A stretch of DNA of 62,685 bases, counting the filler, from Chiloscyllium plagiosum (taxonomy: Eukaryota): the NCBI RefSeq assembly GCF_004010195.1. It is 5 parts of one record of this genome, joined end to end, with 100 filler letters (N's around TTAATTAATTAA, not from the genome) between each part and the next. Parts side by side here need not be neighbours in the genome. Positions count along the whole stretch, not along the records: positions 35,480 to 50,437 come from NC_057711.1; positions 50,538 to 56,757 come from NC_057711.1; positions 56,858 to 62,685 come from NC_057711.1; 2 more parts are not named here. The stretch is one strand, 5' to 3'. The translations under genes and the position numbers were made by a program. Positions 47,972 to 60,000 of this stretch are shown piece after piece; the first letter of the stretch is position 1, and every line of letters starts with the position of its first letter. Below the pieces are notes generated by a model. That model worked only from the letters and a program-made list of their open reading frames with translations. It made no database searches and had not been told where the DNA came from.

Positions 47972-50170
47972 CAGGTTATCCCCAACGTTTTGCACGTTTG
48001 CTTAATGCCAATTTGCTTTTACAAAGGATGTACTTTAGTACCTCTTTTTGCTAGCCAAAAGAGGATTTCGCTTTTACAAATAAATGTGCACAGCGAGAAT
48101 GGCACCACTAAGCACCTTCCCTGGAAACTACACTCAGTTTAAGCTGCCATAACTTTGAACCATGTCTATGAGCATCCGTGCTTTGTCTCTATTTATTTTG
48201 TGCGTCCGTTCTGAAGATATCAGAAAAGCCCGAGGCAGCTCATAAGGCTGTTACACTTAGCGTAAAACTGGATATAATTAAGCGTTTCGATCGAGATTAA
48301 CGTAATAAAGATGTGCGTGCATTGAACTTCCCTGCTTCCACAATTTGTACTATTTACACGCAGAGAGAAAGAATCTTGAAAGCTGCTGAATTTACTATTG
48401 GTTCTGCTTGTAGCAGAGTGGTCTCTTTTAGTCGGCATCCTGTAATGGATAAAATGGAAAGTCTATTGCTTGATTGAATTGATGGGTATACAAAAAGTGG
48501 TGTTCTGTTAAGTTACCTTAAATTTAAGGAGAAATCAGTCAGTCTTTTTTATAAGCTGAAACTGATGATGATGAAAGTGTTGCGAAAGTGGAGTTTAAAA
48601 GTAATCGTGGGTGGTTTGATCGGTTTTTGAGGTGAGGGCGGCTTCCTAGGTTAAAGGCTACTGGAGAGTGTGCTTGGGCTGTTACTGAAGCTGTCAAAGT
48701 TCCCAGAAGAATTGAAGAGAATAATTACAGAGGGTGGTTATTTGTATAAGCAAGTTTTTAACTGTGACAAAACTGGAGTTTATTGGAAAAGAATTGCTGA
48801 GCAAAACATTTATTTCGATAGGAGAAAAGCAGGCTAAGGGTCACAAGGCATCAAAGGACAGGTTTACCCTAATGCCTATTATTAACATCACTGGTGATGC
48901 TGTCTTTAGGCCTCAACTAGTGTACCATTCAGAAACTCAGAGAGCACTTAAAGAATACACTTCCTGTTGTGTTTCGTTCACATCCCAGTGGTTGGAATAC
49001 CCAAGTGATTTTTTTTTATGACTTCCTGAGTGGATTCTTGAATCCTTTTTGTTGAAAAATACTGTAGAGAAAATAACACCAATAATAGCTGACTTGTGAT
49101 TGTCGATAACTGTGCTGCTCGTCCACTTGGCATCGCCGAGTATGGCGGTGACATTAGTGTTGTGTTCTTACTGCTGAATACAACGTCGTTGCTGCAGCGG
49201 GTGACCAAGGCCTAATAGCCACAATTAAGGCTAACTATATGCAAAATGTGATGCGTTTTATTGTAAGCACCATTGACATATTGGGCAACTCTGAAGCATC
49301 TTTGCGAGAGATCTGGAAACAGTACAATATAAAATTGGCAATCACCAAGCTTGGAGATGCTCTTGATAGGCTAGCAGTCTTGATGAGAAATGGCGTTTGG
49401 AGAAAAACTGTGTCCCGAAGTAATGAACAATTTTAAAGGCTGAGAACCAGAAACAATAAATACAGCAATAGTGACTTTGGCTAATGAGGCTAAGTTTGTG
49501 AAGATGATGTTGAAGAGGTTTTGGCATCCCATGGCAGATAACCAGCTGATGCAATTGAAAGAGGAAAGGATACGACTTGAAACCGCATGCAATAGCGAAC
49601 TGCCTAAAAGTGTAGTCATCCAGGAACTGAACGTGAAGCACTTGCTGAGATTTTTGCTATGATTGACAGTGCTGCAATGATTAATGAAAAGCATGACTTT
49701 AATTTTGAAAGGGCACGTAGGTTTAGGGCAGGTTTGCAGGACATTTTGAGTGCCTAAAAGGAACTGTATCATAGAAAAATGCGCGAGGCTACGCAGTCAA
49801 GCACACTGTCGTATTTCAAGGCTTCCCTCAGTCGTCGACAAACCTATATTCAACATCGAAGCAGGCAGGCATAGAAGAAACTGTAAATGTTAGTGACCTG
49901 CCTGTTCTGATGAATTTAGATGATGTTGAGCTGTTAAAAGATGACCCTCTTCCTCTCTCTCCTCCGCCTCAGTCTCCTGTACCTCCCAACACCCCAACTG
50001 CTGCTCTTTAGTGTTAGATCCGGTTTTATGTGTTATTTGGAGTGATTTAGTGGATTATGTTTTACATTTGGGAACACGCAAAATTTTCCCATATAAACTA
50101 ATGGTAGTTGCTTTTTCACTTTACGCCATTTTGGCTTACAAACTGTTTCATAGGAACGCTCTAGTTTCGG
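47972..50170 (+). mobile_element. Degenerate Tigger/pogo DNA transposon (CENP-B-like DDE transposase)
   Basis: Left end TA-caggttatcccc. Frameshifted peptides KLDIIKRF, KMESLLL, FKSNRGWFDRF, QVFNCDKTGVYWK, GHKASKDRFTL, VIVDNCAA and NTTSLLQ. The right end is lost at the CR1 junction. Confidence 0.88.
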
Positions 50171-51330
50171 ATTCAGTATGTGGATGTACCTACTAGAGAA
50201 GGTGCAAAACTTGACCTACTCTTGGGAAATAAGGCAGGGCAGGTGACTGAGGTGTCAGTGGGGGAGCACTTTGGGGCCAGCGACCATAATTCTATTCGTT
50301 TTTAAAATAGTGATGGAAAAGGAAGACCAGATCTAAAAGTTAAAGTTCTAAATTGGAGAAAGGCCAATTTTAATGGTATTAGGCAAGAACTTTCAAAAGC
50401 TGATTAGAGGCAGATGTTCACAGGTAAAGGGATGGCTNNNNNNNNNNNNNNNNNNNNNNNNNNNNNNNNNNNNNNNNNNNNTTAATTAATTAANNNNNNN
50501 NNNNNNNNNNNNNNNNNNNNNNNNNNNNNNNNNNNNNGTAAGGTCCTAAGGAGTGTTACTGAACAAAGAGACCTTGAAGTGTAGGTTCATAGCTCCTTGA
50601 AAGTGGAGTTGCAGGTAGATAGGATAGTGAAGAAGGCGTTTGGTATGCTTTCATTCGNNNNNNNNNNNNNNNNNNNNNNNNNNNNNNNNNNNNNNNNNNN
50701 NNNNNNNNNNNNNNNNNNNNNNNNNNNNNNNNNNNNNNNNNNNNNNNNNNNNNNNNNNNNNNNTTGGGAGGTCATGTTGCGGCTGTACAGGACATTGGTT
50801 AGGCCACTGTTGGAATATTGTGTGCAATTCTGGTCTCCTTGAAAGGGTTCAGAAAAGATTTACAAGGATGTTTCCAGGGTTGGAGGATCTGAGCAATAGG
50901 GACAGGCAGAACAGGCTGGTGCTGTTTTCCCTGGAGCGTTGGAGGCTGAGGGGAGACCTTATCGAGGTTTACAAAATTATGAGGGGCATGGATAGAATAA
51001 ATAGACAAAGTCTTTTCCCTGGGGTCGGGGAGTCCAGAACTTGGGGGCATAGGTTTAGGGTGAGAGGGGAAAGATATAAAAGAAACCTACGGGGCAACTT
51101 TTTCACGCAGAGGCTGGTACGTGTATGGAATGAGCTGCCAGAGGATGTGGTGGAGGCTGGTACAATTGCAACATTTAAGAGGCATTTGGATGGGTATATG
51201 AATAGGAAGGGTTTGGAGGGATATGGGCCGGCTGCAGGCAGGTGGGACTAGATTGGGTTGGGTTATCTAGTTGGCATGGACAGGTTGGACCGAAGGGTCT
51301 GTTTCCATGCTATACATCTCTATGACTCTG
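50171..51330 (+). mobile_element. CR1 LINE spanning gaps
   Basis: Endonuclease end QYVDVPTREGAKLDLL, RT C-terminus LVRPLLEYCVQFWSP, and a ctatgact tail. Confidence 0.9.
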
Positions 51331-52520
51331 TAACCGGTCCCAATGTTCAACAAATCTGAACCCCTCCCTCCTACACCATCTCTCAAGCCACATGTTCATC
51401 CTGCCTATTTTTTCATTTCTCCACTGGCTCGCACGTGGCACTGGTAATAATCCCAAAATCACTACCTTTGAGGTCCTCCTCTTTAACTTCTCCCCTAGCT
51501 CCCTGAATTCTTCTTTCAGGACCTCATCTCATTTTCTACTTATATTGTTGGTTCCTATATGCACCAAGACAACTGGCTGTTCACCTTCCCATTTTAGAAT
51601 GCTCTGCAGCCAATCGGTGACATCCCTGACCCGAGCACCTGGGAGGCAACATACCATCCGGAGTACCGTTTTCGGCCACAGAACCGCCTATCTACTCCCC
51701 TCACAATAGAATCCTCTATGACAATGGCCCTACAAGTCTTTTTACCGTCCTTCTGAACAGCAGTGCCCGTCACGGTGCCATGATCTTGACAACTGCTGCC
51801 CTCTCCTGGTGAGCCATCTCCCCCAACAGTATCCAAAACAGTATACCTGTTTTGGAGGGAGATGACCGCAGGGGACACCTGCACTGCCTTCCTCCTCTTT
51901 TACTGTCTTTTGGTCACCCATTCACTGCCTCCCTCAGCAATTCTAACCTACGGTGTGACCAGTTCACTAAACGTGCTATCCACGACCTCCTCAGCATCGT
52001 GGATGCTCCACAGTGAGTCCATCCACAGCTCCAGAGCTGTCATGCGGTCAAACAAGAGCTGCAGCTGGACACACTTCTTGCAAGTGAAAGAGTCAGGAAT
52101 GTCAGACATGTTCCTAAGCTCCCACATCAAGCAAGAGGCACATGCCATGGGTCTGAGATCCCCTGCCATTTAAGCTTAGCTTTATATGAACTAACTAAAA
52201 CCAAACATGCATTAAATATATGAAAAAGAAAGATAAGAAAGAAATAAAAGCCTTACCTTACAGGGTCGCTTTCTTCCAGTTAGAGGAGTGGGGTGGGAGG
52301 GAGATACTACACGCGTAGTATCTCGGGTTTAGCCAGTGCCCAAAAATAAATTAAGCCTTTACTTTCCCGGCAGCCCTCGCTTCACCTCACCTTCTCTCCT
52401 CTCCGCTCTGTCAAAATGGAGGCCCGACTCCCAAGCTAAGTCCCTTTTTAAGCAGGAAAACTAATCCTTCCCAGCAGCCATTGCTTGACCTCACCTTCTC
52501 TCCACGCCGCTCTGTCAATA
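51331..52520 (-). mobile_element. CR1 5' part (5'UTR plus ORF1)
   Basis: Peptides MACASCLMWE...CKKCVQLQLL and esterase-like AIVIEDSIVRG. The 5'UTR has a ~120-bp internal repeat (cagcc...cctcaccttctctcc...cgctctgtcaa twice). Confidence 0.85.
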
Positions 52521-52654
52521 TATTACAATCTGACAGTGATCTGCAAACTTAAGGCTTCTCCCATGGTTTCATGTGGGAGAAATGTCAAACCACAGCACAC
52601 AACCTAATTTTAGAGTCATAGAGTCATACAGGTATACAACACGGAAACAGACCG

Positions 52655-52943
52655 CTCGGCAGCACAGTGGCTCGGCTGCTGCCTCACAGCATCAGGTTCA
52701 ATTCCAGCCTCAGGCGACTCTCTGTGTGGAGTTTGCACATTCTCCCCGTGTCTGTGTGGATTTGCTCCAGGTGTTCCGGTTTCCTCCCATAGTCCAAAGA
52801 TGTGCCAGTTAGGTGAATTGGCCATGCTAAATTGCCCATTAGGCAGAGGGAAGTGGGTCTGGGTGAGTTACTCTTCGGAGGGTCGGTGTGGACTGGTTGG
52901 GCCAAATGGCCCGTTTCCACACTGTAGAGAATCTAATCTAATC
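52655..52943 (+). mobile_element. HE1-type SINE
   Basis: cggcagcacagtggctc...caggttcaattcc...gtgtggagtttgcacattctccccgtgtctg...aatctaatctaatc. Confidence 0.8.
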
Positions 52944-53290
52944 GTCCATGCCAAACCGATATCCTAAATTAATCTAATCCCATTGGCCAGCACTTGGCAA
53001 ATGTCTCTCCAAACCTCCAAAGGTCACCTCTCAGCCTCTGATGCCCCAGGGAACACACCCCTAGCCTATTCATACCTACTCAAATCTTCTAACCCTGGCT
53101 ATATCCTTGTCAATCTTTTCTGAACCCTTTCAAGTTTCACAACATCCTTCCGATAGGAAGGAGACCAGAATCACATGCAATATTCCAAAAGTGGCCTACC
53201 CAATGTCCTGTAAAGCTGCAACATGACCTTCTAACTTCTGTACTACAACACTCTGACCAATAATGGAAAGCATACCAAACACCTTCTTCA

Positions 53291-53487
53291 GATGACTGCA
53301 GATGCTGGAAACCAGATTCTGGATCAGTGGTGCTGGAAGAGCACAGCAATTCAGGCAGCATCCGATGAGCAGCAAAATCGACATTTCGGGCAAAAGCTCT
53401 TCATCAGGCTTTTGCCCGAAACGTCGATTTTGCTGCTCATCGGATGCTGCCTGAATTGCTGTGCTCTTCCAGCACCACTGATCCAGA
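53291..53487. mobile_element. Fold-back PLE-terminus insertion (81-bp hairpin)
   Basis: 10-bp TSD accttcttca (53281-53290 and 53488-53497). Arms at 53317-53397 and 53408-53488. Confidence 0.9.
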
Positions 53488-54294
53488 ACCTTCTTCACTA
53501 TCCTATTGACCTGGGACTCTACTTTCAAGGAACTATGAATCTACACTCCTAGGTCTTTTTGCTCAGCAACACTCCCTATGTCCTTACCATTAAGTGTACA
53601 AGTCCTGCTCTGATTTGCCCTTCCAAAATGCAGCACGTCACAGTTATCAAAAGTAAGCTCCATCTACCACTCCTTGGCCTGTTAGCCCTTCTGATCAAGA
53701 TCCCACTGTACTGAGATAACTGTCTTTGCTGTCTGCTACACCTCCCATTTTGGTGTCACCTGCAAACTTACTAACTAAACTTCCAATGTTCACATCCAAA
53801 TCATCTATATAAATGACACCTCCACATCATGAAGTGCACATAGATCACATCCACCACTCTGCCTTCACCAATCATCTTTGTGACTTCTTCAAAAAACTTG
53901 TGAGACATGATTTCCCACGCACAAAGCCATGTTGACTATCTCTAATCAGTTCTTGTCTTTCCAAATACATGTAAATTCTGACCCTCAGGATTCCCTCCAA
54001 CAACTTGCTCACCACCGACGTCGGGCTCACCAGGCTATAGTTCCCTGACTTTTCCTTACCACCCTTCTTAAAGAGTGGCACCACGTTTGCCAACAGTTCT
54101 TGTCTTTCCAAATACATGTAAATTCTGACCCTCAGGATTCCCTCCAACAACTTGCTCATCACCGACGTCGGGCTCACCAGACTTCCCTGACTTTTCCTTA
54201 CCACCCTTCTTAAAGAGTGGCACCACGTTTGCCAATCTCCAGTCTTCCGGCACCTCACCTGTGACTATCGATGATATAAATATCTCAGCAAGAG

Positions 54295-55329
54295 CTGAAA
54301 ATGTGTTGCTGGAAAAGCGCAGCAGGTCAGGCAGCATCCAAGNNNNNNNNNNNNNNNNNNNNNNNNNNNNNNNNNNNNNNNNNNNNNNNNNNNNNNNNNN
54401 NNNNNNNNNNNNNNNNNNNNNNNNNNNNNNNNNNNNNNNNNNNNNNNNNNNNNNNNNNNNNNNNNNNNNNNNNNNNNNNNNNNNNNNNNNNNNNNNNNNN
54501 NNNNNNNNNNNNNNNNNNNNNNNNNNNNNNNNNNNNNNNNNNNNNNNNNNNNNNNNNNNNNNNNNNNNNNNNNNNNNNNNNNNNNNNNNNNNNNNNNNNN
54601 NNNNNNNNNNNNNNNNNNNNNNNNNNNNNNNNNNNNNNNNNNNNNNNNNNNNNNNNNNNNNNNNNNNNNNNNNNNNNNNNNNNNNNNNNNNNNNNNNNNN
54701 NNNNNNNNNNNNNNNNNNNNNNNNNNNNNNNNNNNNNNNNNNNNNNNNNNNNNNNNNNNNNNNNNNNNNNNNNNNNNNNNNNNNNNNNNNNNNNNNNNNN
54801 NNNNNNNNNNNNNNNNNNNNNNNNNNNNNNNNNNNNNNNNNNNNNNNNNNNNNNNNNNNNNNNNNNNNNNNNNNNNNNNNNNNNNNNNNNNNNNNNNNNN
54901 NNNNNNNNNNNNNNNNNNNNNNNNNNNNNNNNNNNNNNNNNNNNNNNNNNNNNNNNNNNNNNNNNNNNNNNNNNNNNNNNNNNNNNNNNNNNNNNNNNNN
55001 NNNNNNNNNNNNNNNNNNNNNNNNNNNNNNNNNNNNNNNNNNNNNNNNNNNNNNNNNNNNNNNNNNNNNNNNNCAGGGTGGGAGGAGGTGTAGTCTAGGT
55101 AGCTGTGGGAGTCGGTCAGTTTATAGTAAATGTCCGTGTCGATTCGGTCACCCGAGATAGAAATGGAAAGGTGTAGGAAGGGGAAGGAGGAGTCTGAGAC
55201 AGTCCAGGTGAATTTGAGGTTGGGGTGGAAGGTGTTGGTAAAGTGGATAAACTGTTCAACCTCCTCGTGGGAGCACGAGGTAGCGCTGATACAGTCATCG
55301 ATGTAGCGGAGGAAAAGGTGGGGGGTGGT
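54295..55329 (-). mobile_element. 5'-truncated PLE (family B) spanning a gap
   Basis: Candidate TSD gcaagag. Minus-strand RT HLFLRYIDDC...FHPNLKFTW...IYYKLTDSHSYLDYTSSHP at 55074-55329 and a family-B terminus at 54295-54342. Confidence 0.82.
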
Positions 55330-56641
55330 GCAAGAGGCCCAGCAATCATTTCCCTAGCTTCCTACAGAGTTCTAGGGTACACCTGATCAGGTCCTAGGGA
55401 TTTATCCACTTTTATGCACTTTGAGACGTGCAGCACCTGTGGACATTTTTCAAGATGTCACCATCTATTTCCCCACATTCTATATCTTCCATGTTCTTCT
55501 CCACAGTAAGCACTGATGCAAAATACTCATTTAGTATCTCCCCACCCCCCTTGCTGCTCCACACTTGCTGATCTTTGAGGGGCCCTATTCTCACCCTTGT
55601 TATCCTTTTGTTCTTAATGTATTTATGAAATGCTTTGGATTCTCCTTACCCCTATTTACCAAAGTTATCTCATGTCCACTTTTTGCCCTCCTGATTTCCC
55701 TCTTAAGTATACTCCTACTGCCTTTATACTCTTAAGAATTCACTCGATATATCCTGTCCATACCTGAGATATGCTTCCCTCCAAACCCACAATATCTCTC
55801 GTCATGCAGCATTCCCTTCACCTACTAGTCTTGCCTTTCATCCTAACAGGAATATACTTTCTCTGGACTCTCGTTATCTCATTTTTGAGGGATTCTCATT
55901 TTCCAACCATCCTTTTACCTACAAATATCTGCCCCCAATCAATTTTTGCAAGTTCTTGCCTAATATCGTCAAAATTGGCCTTCCTCCAATTTAGAACTTC
56001 AACTTTTAGATCTGGTCTATCCTTTTCTATCACTATTTTAAAACTAATAGAATATGGTCACTAGCCCCAAAGTGCTCCCCCACTGACATCTCAGTCACTG
56101 GCCCTGCTTTATTTCCCAAGAGTAGGTCAAGTTTTGCACCTTCTCTAGTAGGTACATCCACATACTGAATCAGAAAATTTTCTTGTACACACTTAAAACC
56201 CTCTCTATCTAAACCTTTAACACTATGGCAGTCCCAGTCTATGTTTGGAATGTTAAATTCCCCTACCATAACCACCCTATTATTCTTACGGAAGCTGAGA
56301 TCTCCTTACAAATTTGTTTCTCAGTTTCCTGCTATTAGGAGGTCTATAATACAATCCCAATAAGGTGATCATCCCTTTCTTATTTCTCATCCAATAGCTT
56401 CCCTGGATGTATTCCCAGGAATATCCTCCCTCAGCACAGCTGTAATGCTATCTCTTATCAAAAATGCCACCCACCCCCTCTTTTGCCTCCATTTCTGTCC
56501 TTCTTGTAGCATTTGTATCCTGGAACATTAAGCTGCCAGTCCTGTCCATCCCTGAGCCACGTTTCTGTAATTGCTATGATATCCCAGTCCCATGTTCCTA
56601 ACCATGCCGAGTTCATCTGCCTTCCCTGTTTGGCCTCTTAC

Positions 56642-57028
56642 ATAGAAATAAATAGAACATAGAACATTACAGCATAGTACAGGCCCTTCGGCCCTCGATG
56701 TTGTGCCGCCCTGTCATACCAATCTGAAGCCCATCCCACCTACACTATTCCATGTACNNNNNNNNNNNNNNNNNNNNNNNNNNNNNNNNNNNNNNNNNNN
56801 NTTAATTAATTAANNNNNNNNNNNNNNNNNNNNNNNNNNNNNNNNNNNNNNNNNNNNAATTGCAACATTTAAGAGGCATTTGGATGGGTATATGAATAGG
56901 ACGGGTTTGGAGGGATATGGACCGGGTGCTGGCAGGTGGGACCAGATTGGGTTGGGATATCTGGTTGGCATGGACGGGTTGGACCGAAGGGTCTGTTTCC
57001 ATGCTGTACATCTCTATGACTCTATGAC
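56642..57028. mobile_element. Two CR1 3' tails flanking a gap (minus 56642-56757, plus 56858-57028)
   Basis: (atagaac)n and (ctatgact)n tails with CR1 3'UTR motifs. Confidence 0.8.
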
Positions 57029-57029
57029 T

Positions 57030-60000
57030 AAGTTGTTCCTTTTTTTTAATAACTGGATTTTCTGATGGGAAATTTTGTGGATGTTCTTTGTTGTCTCACC
57101 CTTTTATTTGTTTGTTCTGTTCCTCTCTTAGTCACAAGTCGGGGTAACATGAAGCCAGGGATGGGTGGAGTGCACATCCTGACTATCTTTTTTCTGTTGA
57201 TTTAAGGATCATCTCCTTGGTTTTATTTTTCTGGCCTAAGTCTGGGGCACAGTCTGGGTTTGAAGGAGCTGTGAAGGAGGGGATAGGTAGGAGGAGTGCC
57301 CCCTATGTGCAGGGGGAGGTGTCTTCCATTCAAGATTTTATAGTTAGTTTTCTTTGTAGCTTTTTGGTAGTAATAGTTGTTTATAGTTATGATAGAGTAG
57401 TTTTTAAGTGGTGCACCTGGAACATCAAGGGAAGTCATTCACCTGTTAAAAGGAAAAAAGTGCTTTCTAGCCTAAGGAGGGAAAGGGTTGATATCGCTTT
57501 GTTGCAGGAAACCCATCTTAATGATGGGAAACACCTGAAATTACAACAGGGGGGGTTATGACTGGGTATTCTTTTCATCCTTTACTACTAAAAGTAGGGG
57601 AGTGGCAGTACTTATCCAGAAAAATCTTCCGTTCACATTATTAGAGCAGGTGAAAGATGAGCAGGGACATTTCGTGATACTTAAAGCCCTGATACATGGG
57701 GAAGAATATGGCATTTTAAATGTCTATTGTCCTCCGGCATATCCCCTCAAATTTTTGATTAGTGCTTTCTCTAAGCTGAGTGCTTTTGGAACATGGCACA
57801 TTATTATGGGGGTGAGTTTTAATTGTCTTTTGGATCCGACAGTGGGGACAGGATGCCTTGTGGGCCCCCAACTATTTCTTCGCAGGCCAAGCAGGTGGTT
57901 GACTTAAGCGAGGAGTTGGGGCTAGTGGGTATTTGGAGATGTCTTCACCCTACTGGCAGGGACTTCACCTTTTTTTCAAACCCACATAAATATCACACGC
58001 GGATTGGTCTTTTTCTGCCTCCCTTGGCCTTTCTGGATTTGATTATGGGTTGTAAAATTGGGAATACAGCTATCTCTGATCACGTAGCAGTATATTTGAA
58101 GGTTAAGGCCAAGAGTGAAGGGCTAGGTTTGCGGCACTGGCGTTTGGACCCTTTTCTCCTTAAGGATTCCAAATTTGTGGAATATCTTTTGAAGGAGTTT
58201 CAGGAATTCTTGACTATCAACTCAGGCACAGCTAGTAGTCCATCTATGCTATGGGAGACTGCTAAGGCCTTTGCTAGGGGATTAGCTATTTCCTATTCAG
58301 CCAGCTGGAAATGACAGAAGGAGGAACAGCAGCATCTACTTGAGACGAGGTTGAAAGCCGCGGCAGCCTTCAATGACTAAGCTACAGCAGATCATGGCTC
58401 TCCGGGCTGCCTTGAATTCAATACTGACACAAAATGCAAAGAAAGAACTTGCTTTTGTGAGACAAAGGCTGTTCGAATATGGGGATAAGTCAGGGTAGTA
58501 TTTAGCATACCTGACTACGAAAAAGCATGCTCCCCAATCCATTACTGCAATCAGAGACAGTGTCAGGGTCCCTTACATACGATGCTATAAAGATTAATGA
58601 GGCTTTTCGGAGCTTTTACTCTGAATTGTATCGGTCTGAAGGTTGCGAGAACAGGAGGGCTAAAATGGAGCCCTTTTTTTAAGAACCTGGACATCCCAGG
58701 GGTAACCTTGGAACAGACCACTCTCCTTAATGCCACCTTGACAGTTCGAGAAATACAGGAGGCAACTAAGCAACTTCAGATTGGTAAAGCGCCTGGCCCT
58801 GATGGTCTCCTGGGTGAGTTGTATAAGGAGTTTATAGGGATTCTGTCAGGGCCGATGTTGGAGATGTACAATCACTCCTATATGCATGAATGCCTATCAC
58901 CATCTTTGAGAGAAGCTAATATTTCCTTAATTCTTAAGAAGGGGAAGGTTCCTGAGAATTGTGCCTCATACAGGCTCATCTCTTTATTAATTTCAGATTT
59001 CAAGATTCTGTCCAAGATCCTGGCGCTGAGATTGGAAAAGGTGTTGCCCCATATTGTTAAAGAGGACCAGACGAGCATTATAAGGGGCCATAGGTCCTCT
59101 AATAATATTAGGAGGTTGCTGAATATGGTCCAAGTTTGTCAGCAACGATCGATTCAGGGGTTGGTGATATCCTTAGATGCAGAGAAAGCATTTGACCAGG
59201 TGGAATGGTCGAATCTTTTTTATGTCTTAGAACAGTTTGGGTTGGGTGGAGTCTTTGCTAGGTGGGTGGAGGTTTTATATCGCCACCCTCTGGCTACGGT
59301 CATCACCAACGTGGTGAAGTCTGGGAATTTTACGATTGGTAGGGGTAGTCAGCAAGGCTGCCCCCTCTCACCATTGTTGTTTACATTGGTGATAGAGCCG
59401 CTGGCAGAGGCCATTCGTCAGAACGTGCACATAACCGCTCCGGAAATGGGATCGTGGGCACACAAGATTACACTGTACGCGGATGATGTCCTTCTGTTTT
59501 TATCGAACCCGATGACCTCCGTACCCCATTTGATACAATGTATCAATTCATTTGGGGCTATTTCAGGATATAAGATTAACTTGGCAAAATCTGAGGCTAT
59601 GCCTTTGGGGAACCTTACGGATGTGCCAGAAGTTGAAGGTGGCTCTAAGTTCCCTTTTAAGTGGTCACGGGCAGGATTCCGATACCTAGGCATTTTTATT
59701 ACCCCCAAGTTTGATCTATTATTTTGGACTAACTTTGCTCACTTGCTCGACAATATTAGGTGGGATCTCCAGAGATGGGAGGCTCTTCCAATTTCATGGC
59801 TGGGTCGAATATCTCTCATTAAGATGAATGTTCTTCCTCATTTGCTTTATCCCATGCGTATGCTCCCTATAATGTTTCCCAGGTCAATGCTGCGGAATTT
59901 TATGGGGTGGCTTGGTTCCTTTGTCTGGCATCGTGGGTGACCCCTCATCAAACTTACTAAATTGCAGTTGCCTCATGGAGGGAGAGGAGTTGATTTCCCA

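Larger units (their letters stand above)
52611..56650 (-). mobile_element. CR1 LINE with nested SINE and PLE insertions and internal deletions
   Basis: Tail tagagtcatagagtcata at the left, with minus-strand RT and endonuclease motifs (VPEDWRLANVVPLFKK, GEFNIPNIDW). Confidence 0.9.

Noticed and set aside
53947..54235. ~145-bp tandem duplication in CR1 RT
   Set aside because: The copies differ by one substitution and one small indel, most simply two haplotypes assembled in tandem. Used only as context for the 42845 finding.
58597..59940. 447-aa RT ORF as an active or domesticated gene
   Set aside because: It is a fragment of L1 ORF2; flanking parts have stops, frameshifts and an insertion.
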